Positions 1 to 9,200 of a DNA stretch of 18,213 nt are shown one piece after another. The DNA lies in NCBI GenBank assembly GCA_049472315.1, contig JBLIRN010000054.1, positions 1 to 18,213 on the forward strand, written 5' to 3'. The notes under the pieces are model-generated. The model searched no databases, had not been told where the DNA came from, and worked only from the letters and a program-made list of their open reading frames with translations. A program made the position numbers and the translations under genes. The stretch is from a bacterium. Its GTDB lineage: Bacteria; SZUA-182; DTGQ01; JAFGSM01. Position 1 is the stretch's first letter. The number at the start of each line of letters is the position of its first letter.

Positions 1-167
1 AAGGAACAGAAAACGCCTGTGAAAATTAAAAGTTGGTGGGATAATTGCTGTTTTCGAATTCTTAAGATAATCCTTACACTTATAAAGAGAATGAGTGTTT
101 CAATAAGGATTGTTGTAACTAAGCCTTCTATAATAAATTTCTGAAAATATACGGCCTGATCTGTCAT
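1..167 (-). CDS. Partial (3' end outside window) hypothetical membrane protein, AT-rich
   Basis: Hand translation from ATG at 167: MTDQAVYFQKFIIEGLVTTILIETLILFISVRIILRIRKQQLSHQLLIFTGVFCS..., open to the window edge. Hydrophobic helix followed by a basic patch; AGGA just upstream of ATG. Not in the ORF track. Confidence 0.6.
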   Translation of the reverse strand, partial: MTDQAVYFQKFIIEGLVTTILIETLILFISVRIILRIRKQQLSHQLLIFTGVFCS

Positions 168-306
168 TTTTCCTGCTTAACTTGTTACTTTTTAAGATAT
201 TTTAACCTAAAAAGTATATTTAAGCAACCCCAAAAATGATGAAAAGATTTTGGCGATGGTTCACGTGGTTTGTTTTTCTATCTTTCTTCGATTTTAGCAT
301 TATCGA

Positions 307-513
307 CTATATATCCCAATACCAGAGTAAAAGGGACCGCAACAACGGGGGAAAATTAAACTGCAGATCACAGTATCTCTGCTTTCCCGTTCCATTGATC
401 TGCGGCACTGGAAACCCTTCAATGATAGGCGAATATATGTGGAGAAGGGGCTCATCCGCAATGACGGACTTGCCTGCACTTATTGACTCATTCCCGAACA
501 AAGCATTGCTTGG
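307..513 (-). other. Out-of-frame continuation of the transglycosylase C-terminal repeat region
   Basis: PSNALFGNESISAGKSVI in the shifted frame aligns without gaps to the in-frame PGDPLFRSKFIIAGESII. DNA repeat spacing changes from 129 to 128 nt across 512-513. Confidence 0.65.
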
Positions 514-2237
514 ATTGCGGCCTCACTGGGGAGTACACCAGGCATCAGCGCATTGAGAGATCCACTCGCGATCACGGAATGGCTCGGGATTATGGATTCG
601 CCTGCAATAATGAACTTACTCCGGAACAAGGGATCGCCCGGGACTGCGGCATGATTGGGGATTACACCATGCACCGGTGCATTGAGTGGACCGGCTGCGA
701 TACATGACATGCGTGCGATTATGACCGGCAGCGGGGCATTGAATGGCTTACTCGCCATGAGTGATGTGCCCGAAATTACGGCAGGCAACGGGAGGATGGG
801 AAGCATGCTTGCCATTATGGTCCTGTTCCGGTTCCGGATTACATGCTCAAGAGGGGTAAAAGAGGGCAGCGAAACCTTGAGGAACTCGATGGCGATCGCT
901 GAGGTGATGGAGAATGCACCGTCATCCGTGGCAAGGTCCTTATCCTTGGCTGCGGGCTCCCGGGGGATGACCTGTTCCCGCTGGGTAACCGATTTCTTCA
1001 GAGGTGGTTTATCCACCGAAGTCATCTGAACCGGTTTTGGAGATCTGTGTTTGCAGAAGAATGCGTCAAGCCGGTAGTCCCTGTCATCGGGGAGCTTCAG
1101 ATCAAAACCCTTCGGCAGATGGCGCTGGGAAAGGATCGCAGACCTCCTGATTGCAGGATTGTATGTTTTGATGACCTGCCTTTCCAATCCTGTATATTTC
1201 ATGATATCCTTCAATAATACATCTTCCTTCAACCGATATACCTGAAATTGTAATGGCTCTTCGATATCGATTTCACCGAAATGCTCATTGTAGTTTTCGG
1301 CAATCTCGCTGGCAGCCAGAAATTCACAGTAAAAATTGCGGGATGCGAAGCCGAATGTCCTCCCCTTGTGTCTGCAAAGGATCTCCACGACATCGGTCGT
1401 ATCAAGCCCCTCCACAGCCCTTCTCATGCCTGCAAGTCCATAGTTATAGGCGATGATGGCCAGAGGCCATGACCGGATCTTATCGTAATTATCCTGGAGA
1501 TGCTGGAGCGCCGCATGGGTGGATTTAATAGGATCCAGCCGCTCGTCGATCGCGTTATTTATCTTCAGGTACCGTCTTCCCGTATCCCTCGTGAATTGCC
1601 AGATACCGGCAGCGCCGAATTTGGAGAAGGCCATATAATTAAAGGAAGACTCCACATGGGGAAGATAGATGAGTTTTTCCGGGAGATCCATATCTGCAAT
1701 AATTTCTTTCATATGGTCAAGATAGCGGTACGAAAGTCGTATCCCCTGGATGAACCGGTCTTTCTGCCCGAGCTGGAACCGGATGGAATATTGAGCCTCC
1801 AAGAGCCGTTTCAGGCTCTTGTCTGAAAAGAGATTGTAGACCCTCTCTTCCTCCCTGTTCAGATTAAACCCCCTTTTTCTCATGATGGAACCGAGGATGT
1901 TCCTGTATTTCTCCTTTACGCACCGGATTCGTTTTCTTCTCACATCCGTCATGCCATCAGTGCCTGCAAGATTCACCACTTCATAGATTATGGTGAGATC
2001 GTCCGAGTCATGGATTACGCCCTCTTCGGTGGTGTAAACCGTGTATATTTTTTTCCAGAATTCGATGCTTGGTTCCAGTTCCGCAGGACGCGGGAAAGTC
2101 TCTTCTTCTGTGGATGGGAAAGCAGGATTTCCTGTAAAGATGACTGCCGTGAGGAGGATGAGTCCGACAATGATCAAGATGCCCACAGCGCCATTCCTGC
2201 CGATTCTCTTTTCCTGTTTCTCTAACGGTTCCGCCAT
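480..2237 (-). CDS. Lytic murein transglycosylase (SLT/MltD-like) with N-terminal anchor/signal and repetitive C-terminal extension; probably extends to 307 across a 1-nt frameshift
   Basis: SLT motifs LPHVESSF (catalytic Glu), AAGIWQF, DERLDP, WPLAIIAYNYG; N-terminal hydrophobic stretch; AAGGAAGG upstream. Confidence 0.9.
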   Translation of the reverse strand: MAEPLEKQEKRIGRNGAVGILIIVGLILLTAVIFTGNPAFPSTEEETFPRPAELEPSIEFWKKIYTVYTTEEGVIHDSDDLTIIYEVVNLAGTDGMTDVRRKRIRCVKEKYRNILGSIMRKRGFNLNREEERVYNLFSDKSLKRLLEAQYSIRFQLGQKDRFIQGIRLSYRYLDHMKEIIADMDLPEKLIYLPHVESSFNYMAFSKFGAAGIWQFTRDTGRRYLKINNAIDERLDPIKSTHAALQHLQDNYDKIRSWPLAIIAYNYGLAGMRRAVEGLDTTDVVEILCRHKGRTFGFASRNFYCEFLAASEIAENYNEHFGEIDIEEPLQFQVYRLKEDVLLKDIMKYTGLERQVIKTYNPAIRRSAILSQRHLPKGFDLKLPDDRDYRLDAFFCKHRSPKPVQMTSVDKPPLKKSVTQREQVIPREPAAKDKDLATDDGAFSITSAIAIEFLKVSLPSFTPLEHVIRNRNRTIMASMLPILPLPAVISGTSLMASKPFNAPLPVIIARMSCIAAGPLNAPVHGVIPNHAAVPGDPLFRSKFIIAGESIIPSHSVIASGSLNALMPGVLPSEAAIQAMLCSGMSQ

Positions 2238-2711
2238 ATAACCTTGTATCCTTCCTTTGCTCAGAGTTTTTCTTTTCCCCTTATCCCTGGTCTATTTGAT
2301 CCATTTCCGCTCCTGTCACCTGGCATCAATCCAAATGATCCCCATACATCATCGGTAATCAGTAGTCATATATTTTTTTCGGAATAACTCATTCATATCA
2401 ACAGGTTTAAAACCGATGCCCCGTTGCTCACCGGTTTGAGATCGCAGGGCCTTACAACCCTTGCCAAGGCAACCGATAGAATTCCTATTCTTAGGCAACC
2501 TATAACAATTGCTGTATTCGTAGGTGGGGCACCATCTGCGGAAAAATGGTGGATATGCTCGAGACGATTTCGCGGTCTGCGGATAACCTGCGCCCTCTCG
2601 GTGTTCCCTTGATGCTGATCTCGGAGATGATTATTGCAGGGGAGGGGCCGGCACTTAGGGAATAGAGAGAGGGGCTTGCCGTCGGTCACCGTTCCCGGAG
2701 CCGCCAGCAGA

Positions 2712-3092
2712 TCATACCACGTGGTGCACGATCGCACCGATCCAGACAACGGCAAGAAGGATCAGGCTCATCATGACCGCCGCGCTCCCCAGGTCCTTGG
2801 CACGCTTTGCCAATGGGTGGTCATCCATACAGACAAGGTCGCAGAGCGCCTCTATTGCCGAGTTGACGAGCTCCACTGCGAGCACCAGTACCACACTTGC
2901 GATCATGATCCCTCTGTTGAAGAGGGGAATGGGAAGCAGGAGGGCCGCCGGTGTCAGGATGGCGGCAAGGATCACCTCCTGTCGGAATGCCGCCTCGGTG
3001 GCCAGTGCCAACCTCAGGCCGTTTAACGAATTTATGAGCGCATGCCAAAGCCGCTGCATACCGGTGCATTTCCAATTGCGTGCGTGAGTCAT
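2712..3092 (-). CDS. dgkA: Diacylglycerol kinase (prokaryotic DAGK family), 126 aa
   Basis: Motifs EAAFRQE, VELVNSAIEALCD, LAKRAKDLGSAAV; three hydrophobic helices. Start moved to ATG 3092 (MTHARN...), which has GGAGAGG upstream. Confidence 0.93.
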   Translation of the reverse strand: MTHARNWKCTGMQRLWHALINSLNGLRLALATEAAFRQEVILAAILTPAALLLPIPLFNRGIMIASVVLVLAVELVNSAIEALCDLVCMDDHPLAKRAKDLGSAAVMMSLILLAVVWIGAIVHHVV

Positions 3093-3349
3093 CCCCGTCC
3101 TCTCCCCCCGTATCCTGCGGATACGCATGAATGAAAGCTTCTCTCGCAAAGATTCCTTATCGGTTCTCTCCGGACATTTAAGACATTTGATGTCGAGCAC
3201 TCGCCATTATACATCAAAGAGATCATTTTCCCACACGATAGGACGTCTCCTTTTGTCACAATTCATTTCGGTTACAGGCGATGAAATAATCTTGAACGTT
3301 TTGGAATTTATGGATGAATGATCATGATGCGCGGATGGAAGTCCAGGGG

Positions 3350-5365
3350 CTACAGGCAGGCAATGCCTGCGGCGTGAACCAGGCTCACCTCTGCGGGGAG
3401 CTCGATGGTGAAGGTTGTTCCTTTCCCCTTTGTGCTTGTGACCGACACGCTTCCCTTATGGTCTTCAATGATGCCATAGGTGATGCTGAGCCCGAGTCCG
3501 GTACCCTTGTCCGCCCGTTTGGTGGTGAAGAAGGGGTCGAAGATCTTGTCCAGGTTCTCTTTATCGATCCCGATGCCTGAGTCGGTGAACCGGATATTGA
3601 TATAGGGTGCACCATCCCTTTCGATCCCCTTTACCTCGATGGTGATGAGTTTGTCTTCATGTGCCTGGGGGTATTTTTCATTGAGCGCATCCCGGGCGTT
3701 GATGAGAAGATTGATGAATACCTGCTCCAACTGTGTAGACCTTGCTTTGATTCGGGGAAGATTCGAATCGTAGAAGGTGTGGATCCTGATCCGGTCCTTG
3801 GCGAGATAGGCATTCATGAAGGCAATGGAGGTCGTGATGATGTCGGTTATCTCGCAGGGGGTGAACTCCTTGTTGTCTGTCCGGGCAAACGACAGCAGGC
3901 TTTTTACGATGGAGACGATCCGCTGTCCCTCCCTGCGGATCCATCGAACATAATCGGCAGGCTCCGTATTCGGGGATAGATCATCCTCCAGCAGTTCCGC
4001 GTAGTTGATGATGATGTTGATCGGATTGTTGATCTCATGGGCGACACCTGCGGCAAGCACCCCCATGGATGCCAGGCGTGAGGACTGGATCAACTGGGTC
4101 TGGGTGGCCTGCAGGTCCCTGTAGGCATGCTTGAGGTCGGCGATAAGCGCCTGTATCTCCCGCATATCCCGTGCGACAAAGACGACGGCCAGGAGGTCAC
4201 CATGTGCATCACACATGCCCGACACGGAGAGATTGACTGGTATCTCATCCCCCTCCTTTGTCCGACAGGCCGTATCATAGTTTTTTGTCGAACCGTTGGT
4301 CATGATGGTATGAAGATCGGGGGAATGGGACATAAGCGGGATATCCTCGGAAAATATCAGTTCCATGGGCCGGCCGAGGAGATCCTCTTCCCTCGCGAAC
4401 CTCAAGAGTCTCACCGCGGCCTGGTTGACCATGGTGATCCTGCCGTCAGGATCAACCACGATAAGTGAGTCGGTCATGCTCTTGATAATGTTGTCGATGT
4501 ACTCCTTTGCATGTATGAGCTGCCCTTGATAGCTCTTGAGATCGTCGGTCATACGGTTGAAGGATTTGGCCAGTTCGCCGATCTCGTCCTCTGCACGGCT
4601 GTGGATGTGGTAGTTGAGGTCCCCGTGGGTGATCCTGCGGGTTCCGTAGGTGAGTTCCCGTATCGGCCTGTTCACGAATCTCAGGATGAACAGCGCAATG
4701 GATAGGGCAGTGATGAGGAAAAGGCACAGAATGCAGATAAGGGATCGCCTTTCGTTAGCGGCGATTGCCCTGTGGACCTTCTCCAAGGAGAGTATGATGT
4801 CCAGGACCCCCAGCACCTCCTTATCCGAGCTGTGACAGGACTGGCATTTTTCTTCGTTGTAGATGGGATTCGCAAAACCCAGGACATGCTCACCCTCCTC
4901 CGAGGTGAAGAAGCGGAAGCGGCTGACAATAAGGGGTTCTCCTCCCTTTACGGTGTGGCAGTCCATACATGATTCCGCATCCTTGCTGGCCTTTTCCCCT
5001 ACCTCCCCCTTTATGGAAGATCGCTTGATCCTTCCCCGCTCAACGATCCGCACCTTTCTTACATCCTCCTGGGCGCCGATGGTCTCCAGCGTCTCCTGCA
5101 GGTCCTCGCTCCTCGCCTCGAGCATATCCTGGTAGGTGCCCCGTTTGATGATATCGCTCAGGCGGTATGCCTCCTCCTTGATCTGGTTGACCATCATCCG
5201 CCGGTCGGCCGCATTCTCCAAATAGAAGAAGAGCTTGAGGGAGATGACGAGGATGATGCCGATCCACAGGATCAGCTTGAAGGCGAGGCTCTTTCTGACC
5301 CAGGTGAGTGATTCGATACAACAAGCAATCCTTTTTCTCATTCCTTCACTACCATCTCTAACCAT
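3350..5365 (-). CDS. Sensor histidine kinase: 2 TM, periplasmic domain with two CxxCH motifs, HAMP, PAS, HisKA, HATPase
   Basis: H-box AGVAHEINNP, N-box QVFINLLINARDA, DSGIGI, FDPFFTTK, GTGLGL; HAMP DEIGELAKSFNRM; PAS DSLIVVDPDGRITMVNQAA; CMDCH and CQSCH. Alternative start at 5341. Confidence 0.93.
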   Translation of the reverse strand: MVRDGSEGMRKRIACCIESLTWVRKSLAFKLILWIGIILVISLKLFFYLENAADRRMMVNQIKEEAYRLSDIIKRGTYQDMLEARSEDLQETLETIGAQEDVRKVRIVERGRIKRSSIKGEVGEKASKDAESCMDCHTVKGGEPLIVSRFRFFTSEEGEHVLGFANPIYNEEKCQSCHSSDKEVLGVLDIILSLEKVHRAIAANERRSLICILCLFLITALSIALFILRFVNRPIRELTYGTRRITHGDLNYHIHSRAEDEIGELAKSFNRMTDDLKSYQGQLIHAKEYIDNIIKSMTDSLIVVDPDGRITMVNQAAVRLLRFAREEDLLGRPMELIFSEDIPLMSHSPDLHTIMTNGSTKNYDTACRTKEGDEIPVNLSVSGMCDAHGDLLAVVFVARDMREIQALIADLKHAYRDLQATQTQLIQSSRLASMGVLAAGVAHEINNPINIIINYAELLEDDLSPNTEPADYVRWIRREGQRIVSIVKSLLSFARTDNKEFTPCEITDIITTSIAFMNAYLAKDRIRIHTFYDSNLPRIKARSTQLEQVFINLLINARDALNEKYPQAHEDKLITIEVKGIERDGAPYINIRFTDSGIGIDKENLDKIFDPFFTTKRADKGTGLGLSITYGIIEDHKGSVSVTSTKGKGTTFTIELPAEVSLVHAAGIACL

Positions 5366-5540
5366 TCACGGACAATGTATCGTAAGAATCTCGATAATTC
5401 ACGGATAAACGCGGGAAATGCGACCCATCCGGTATTCCTATCAGAAGACGCTATGTCATTCGAATTGTATCGTTACGAGGACCGTTTCCCTTTCACTGGT
5501 ATCAACATCCATGCCTCTCCGGCATGTTGATTATTAAAAA

Positions 5541-5557
5541 AGCAACTCTCGTGCCAG
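5541..5557 (-). promoter_or_regulatory. Sigma-54 (-24/-12) promoter upstream of the sensor kinase
   Basis: Minus strand reads CTGGCACGAGAGTTGCT, a full match to the YTGGCACGRNNNTTGCW consensus, ~175 nt upstream of the CDS. Confidence 0.8.
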
Positions 5558-5663
5558 TGACGCATGCGATGGGTCTGAATGCGTGATGAGGGGAAGGGGA
5601 TGCAGGGAGACGGAGATATCGGGAGCCGGGGCCGCAGGGAGATGCCTGGCGGTGAATCATTCG

Positions 5664-5699
5664 CGTAAAAATTTTACGATAGGAGGCATATAAATTACG
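5664..5699. promoter_or_regulatory. Candidate upstream activator sequence for a sigma-54 enhancer-binding protein
   Basis: Palindrome CGTAAAA-A-TTTTACG (5664-5678) plus a degenerate site ending TTACG 21 bp away, ~110-140 bp upstream of the -24 box. Confidence 0.5.
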
Positions 5700-5786
5700 G
5701 GGTTGGCTTCATAGCGGTGTCCTTCATAAACGAAAGGGAATCCCCATGTTTTTGAGGGTGAATCCCCGGGACACCGGAAGAAATGA

Positions 5787-6212
5787 TCAGAAGATCTTTC
5801 CCAGGATGTAACCGATAACGATGCCGATGGCAAGGACAAGGGCATAGAGCCGTGCGCTCACCACCTGCTTGAACATCCCCTGCTTGATCCGTACAAGGCC
5901 GATGATGTATGCGCTGATGGTGATGAGGAGGGTGGCGGGAAGGGCGAAGACCTTGATGATGGTGGGCCCGAAATAGGGGATCATCCCGATGTAGGTGCCC
6001 AGAAAGGAGAAGATCCCTGAGAACACCGGGGTAATGAGACCGAAGAGGATGACACAGGCGGCGGCGAGCTTTTTGTCCAGGTGGGTGAACGCCGAGATGA
6101 CGATGAACACGACAAGCCCGAGCCAGAGCAGGACGATCTTCGATCGGGTCCATCGAAGTTTCTTCACCGGTGTGTTGTTGATGTCCGTTTCCGTTTCCTT
6201 CTTATTCTCCAT
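5787..6212 (-). CDS. Hypothetical integral membrane protein (141 aa, about 4-5 hydrophobic segments), last gene of the RND operon
   Basis: Start at ATG 6212 (MENKKETE...) with GAGGG upstream, 10 nt after the RND stop; strongly hydrophobic. Confidence 0.8.
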   Translation of the reverse strand: MENKKETETDINNTPVKKLRWTRSKIVLLWLGLVVFIVISAFTHLDKKLAAACVILFGLITPVFSGIFSFLGTYIGMIPYFGPTIIKVFALPATLLITISAYIIGLVRIKQGMFKQVVSARLYALVLAIGIVIGYILGKIF

Positions 6213-6222
6213 AGCGTTTCCC

Positions 6223-9200
6223 TCAATCCCTCTCAAATAGCCTATGGTAGGGCCTCCAGTACATCTCCCTGCACCATGCCGCCCCGCGGGCAAATCCCCG
6301 CTGCGCGGATTCGGTCATGGAGTAGAGGACCGGCACCACAATCAGGGTCAGGATGGTGGCGAGGCCGAGGCCGAAGATGACGGCGGAGGCCATGGTCTGC
6401 CACCACTGACTGGATTGGCTCACCCAGGCGATGTGGCCCTTGTGAAAGTCATAAGAGACCCCGGTCACCATGGGAACCAGTCCCAGTATGGTGGTGATGG
6501 CGGTCAGGAACACCGGCCTCAGCCTGGTGCATCCCCCTGCGATGACCGCCTCCCGGGAGGAAAAGCCCCGCTGCTTCAACTGGCCGATATAGTCGATGAG
6601 CAGGATCCCGTTGTTCACCACCACCCCGGCAAGGGAGATCACCCCGACCCCGGTCATGATGATCCCAAAGGGGAAGTTACAGCAGGTGAGACCGAGAAAC
6701 ACGCCCCCCAGCGAAAGGATGACCGTGGTCATCACGATGAACGGCTTGTTGATGGAATTGAACTGGGCCACCAGGATGAGGAACACGAGAAAGACCGCCA
6801 CCACGAACGCCTTGCCCAGGAAGTCCTCCGCTTCCTTCTGGAATTCGAATTCCCCGGTGAACCTGATCCGGTACCCGGGCGGAAGGGTGATGCCCGAAAG
6901 GAGCTTTTCTGCCTGCGCGCGTGCCACCGGTCCGGGGACATACTCCTCCTCCACGTTGGCCCTCACCGTTACCACCCGCTCATGGTTGATCCGGGTGATC
7001 TCCCCGAGGCTCCCCTCATAGGAGAAGCTCGCCACGGTGGAGAGGGGCACCAGTTGGCCGTTCGGGCTGGGGATGAGGAGGTGCCTGAGGATGTCCGTGG
7101 ATTCCCGCTCTTCCTCGGAGAGCTGGATGGTGATGTCGTAGTCCTCGTCTGCCTCGTGGTAGGTGGAGACCTGGAGGCCGTTGAAGGCGGTCTTCAACAC
7201 GAACCCGATGCTGTTGGTGGAGAGGCCCAGGAGCGCGGCCTTCTGCCTGTCCACCCGCACCCTTATGGAGGGGTACCCGGGGATGTAGTCGTCCCGCACG
7301 TCCTTTACAAAGGGGACCTGCGATACCAGATCCCGGACACTTCGGGCAATCTGCCCCAGCACCTCGAACCGTTCACCCACCACCTCGATATTGATGGGGG
7401 CGCCGGTGGGAGGCCCCTCCTCCCGTTCCATGATGGTGACCTTGGCGCCGGGGATCCCCGTCAGCCGCTGCCTGATTCTTTCGATGGTCTCGATGGAGGG
7501 CTCGGTGCGTTCCTCAAGATCGATGAATTGGACCCCGATGTGGTTGGGGGTATTCTCGCTGAAACGCATGCCGCCGCCGGTCGCGGTGGTGCTCCGTGAA
7601 TAGATGTATTGCACATTGTTCAGGTCGCCCGGTCCCTGGAACTCCGATCCATCCGCCTTTTTATGGACCTGGGGGCTCATGCACGACTCGTACAGTGCGT
7701 CTATGTCGGCCTTCCCCTGGCGAAGGGGATCAATGTGCGCGCCGCATGCCTTGACCTCCGCCATTTTTACAAGATTATCGGCGTAATCCAGGTCGGCGCC
7801 CTCGGGCATATCCATGTTAACGTAGAAGGCCATGGGATCGATATAGGGAAAGAATTCCACCGGCTTTTCCAGGCCGACCCTCCACACCCAGGCGAGCACG
7901 CATACGGCGAGGAAGACAAAGCTGGCAATGGTGACCGCCACCCGGTGATTCAGGCAGGCCTCCAGGATCCTGCGGTAGGTCTTGAGGATGGCGGTGGTGC
8001 AGGATACCGGCTGCTCCCCTGCCTGCTGTATCTCTTCTGCGGTCACGGCGGTTCCCTGCCCGGGGATCATCTTTGGCTTCATCACGAAGCTCGCCAGTGC
8101 CGGGGTGATCACCAGGGCCACGAACAAGCTCGAGGACAGGGTGACGATCAGGGTGATGGGCAGGTATTTCATGAATTCGCCCATGATCCCGGGCCAGAAC
8201 ACGAGGGGGAAGAAGGCGAACACCGTGGTTGCCGTGGCGCCGATGACCGGATAGGCCACCTCGCTGGTTGCCTTCATGGCGGCCTGGAATTTGGGCACCC
8301 CCTGCTCCATATAGCGGAAGATGTTCTCCACGATGACGATGGCATTGTCCACCAGCATCCCCAGGGCAAGGGTGAGGCTGAAGAGCACCACCATGTTGAG
8401 GGTGATGCCCATGGCCTGGAGTATGCTGAAGGACATGAGCATGGAAAGCGGGATGGCGAGGCTCACCAGCACCGCGTTCCGGAGGCCCAGGGAGAAGAGG
8501 AGGACCAGCACAACCAGGATCAGGCCGGAGATGAGGTTGTTCTCCAGGTCGGCGATCATGTCGCGGATGTCCTTTGCATTGTCCATCAGCTTGGTGATGG
8601 TGACCCCCTGGGGCCATGATTGCCTGGCCTGTGCGATCAGCTCGTCGATCCGGTCGGTAATGGCGATGATGTTCTCGCCCGAACGCTTCTTTACCGAGAG
8701 GTTGATCGCCTCGCGGCCGTTCAGGCGTGACCTGCTCTCCTGGTCCTTGAATCCATCCATCACCCGGGCCACGTCCTTGAGGTACACCGGCTCACCATGA
8801 TGACTTCCCACCACCAGCCCCAGGATCTCCTCCGGCTGGGCGAATTCCCCCGGCACCCTGAGACGGAACCGGCCGTTGCCCATCCGGATGATGCCGCCGG
8901 ATACATTCTGGTTTTCTCCGGACACGATCTGCTGCAGCGAGGTGACCGGTATACCGTAGTAGGCAAGCTTTGCCGCATAGGGCTCGATGCGGATCTCCCG
9001 TTCAAGCCCGCCGCTCAGCTCGCACTCCAGGACCCCGGGTATGGACTCGATATCGTCCTGAAGGTCCTCGGCGATCTTTTTCAGGCGTGCAAGCCCGATG
9101 TTTCCGCTCATGGAGAGCACGAGGATGGGGAACTCGGAGAAGTTCACCTCGAATATGGAGGGTTCCTCCTCGAGGTCGGTTGGCAGTTCGGAGTCGGCCT

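Noticed and set aside
236..556. 106-aa plus-strand ORF with hydrophobic N-terminus
   Set aside because: Antisense to the transglycosylase tail and its frameshifted continuation; no supporting features.
2393..2755. 120-aa minus-strand ORF between dgkA and the transglycosylase
   Set aside because: Overlaps the dgkA end, has no motif and no clear RBS; treated as non-coding.
5650..5770. GGTGAATC words suggesting a c-di-AMP (ydaO) riboswitch
   Set aside because: Other conserved elements of that riboswitch are absent and the words are on the strand opposite the flanking genes.
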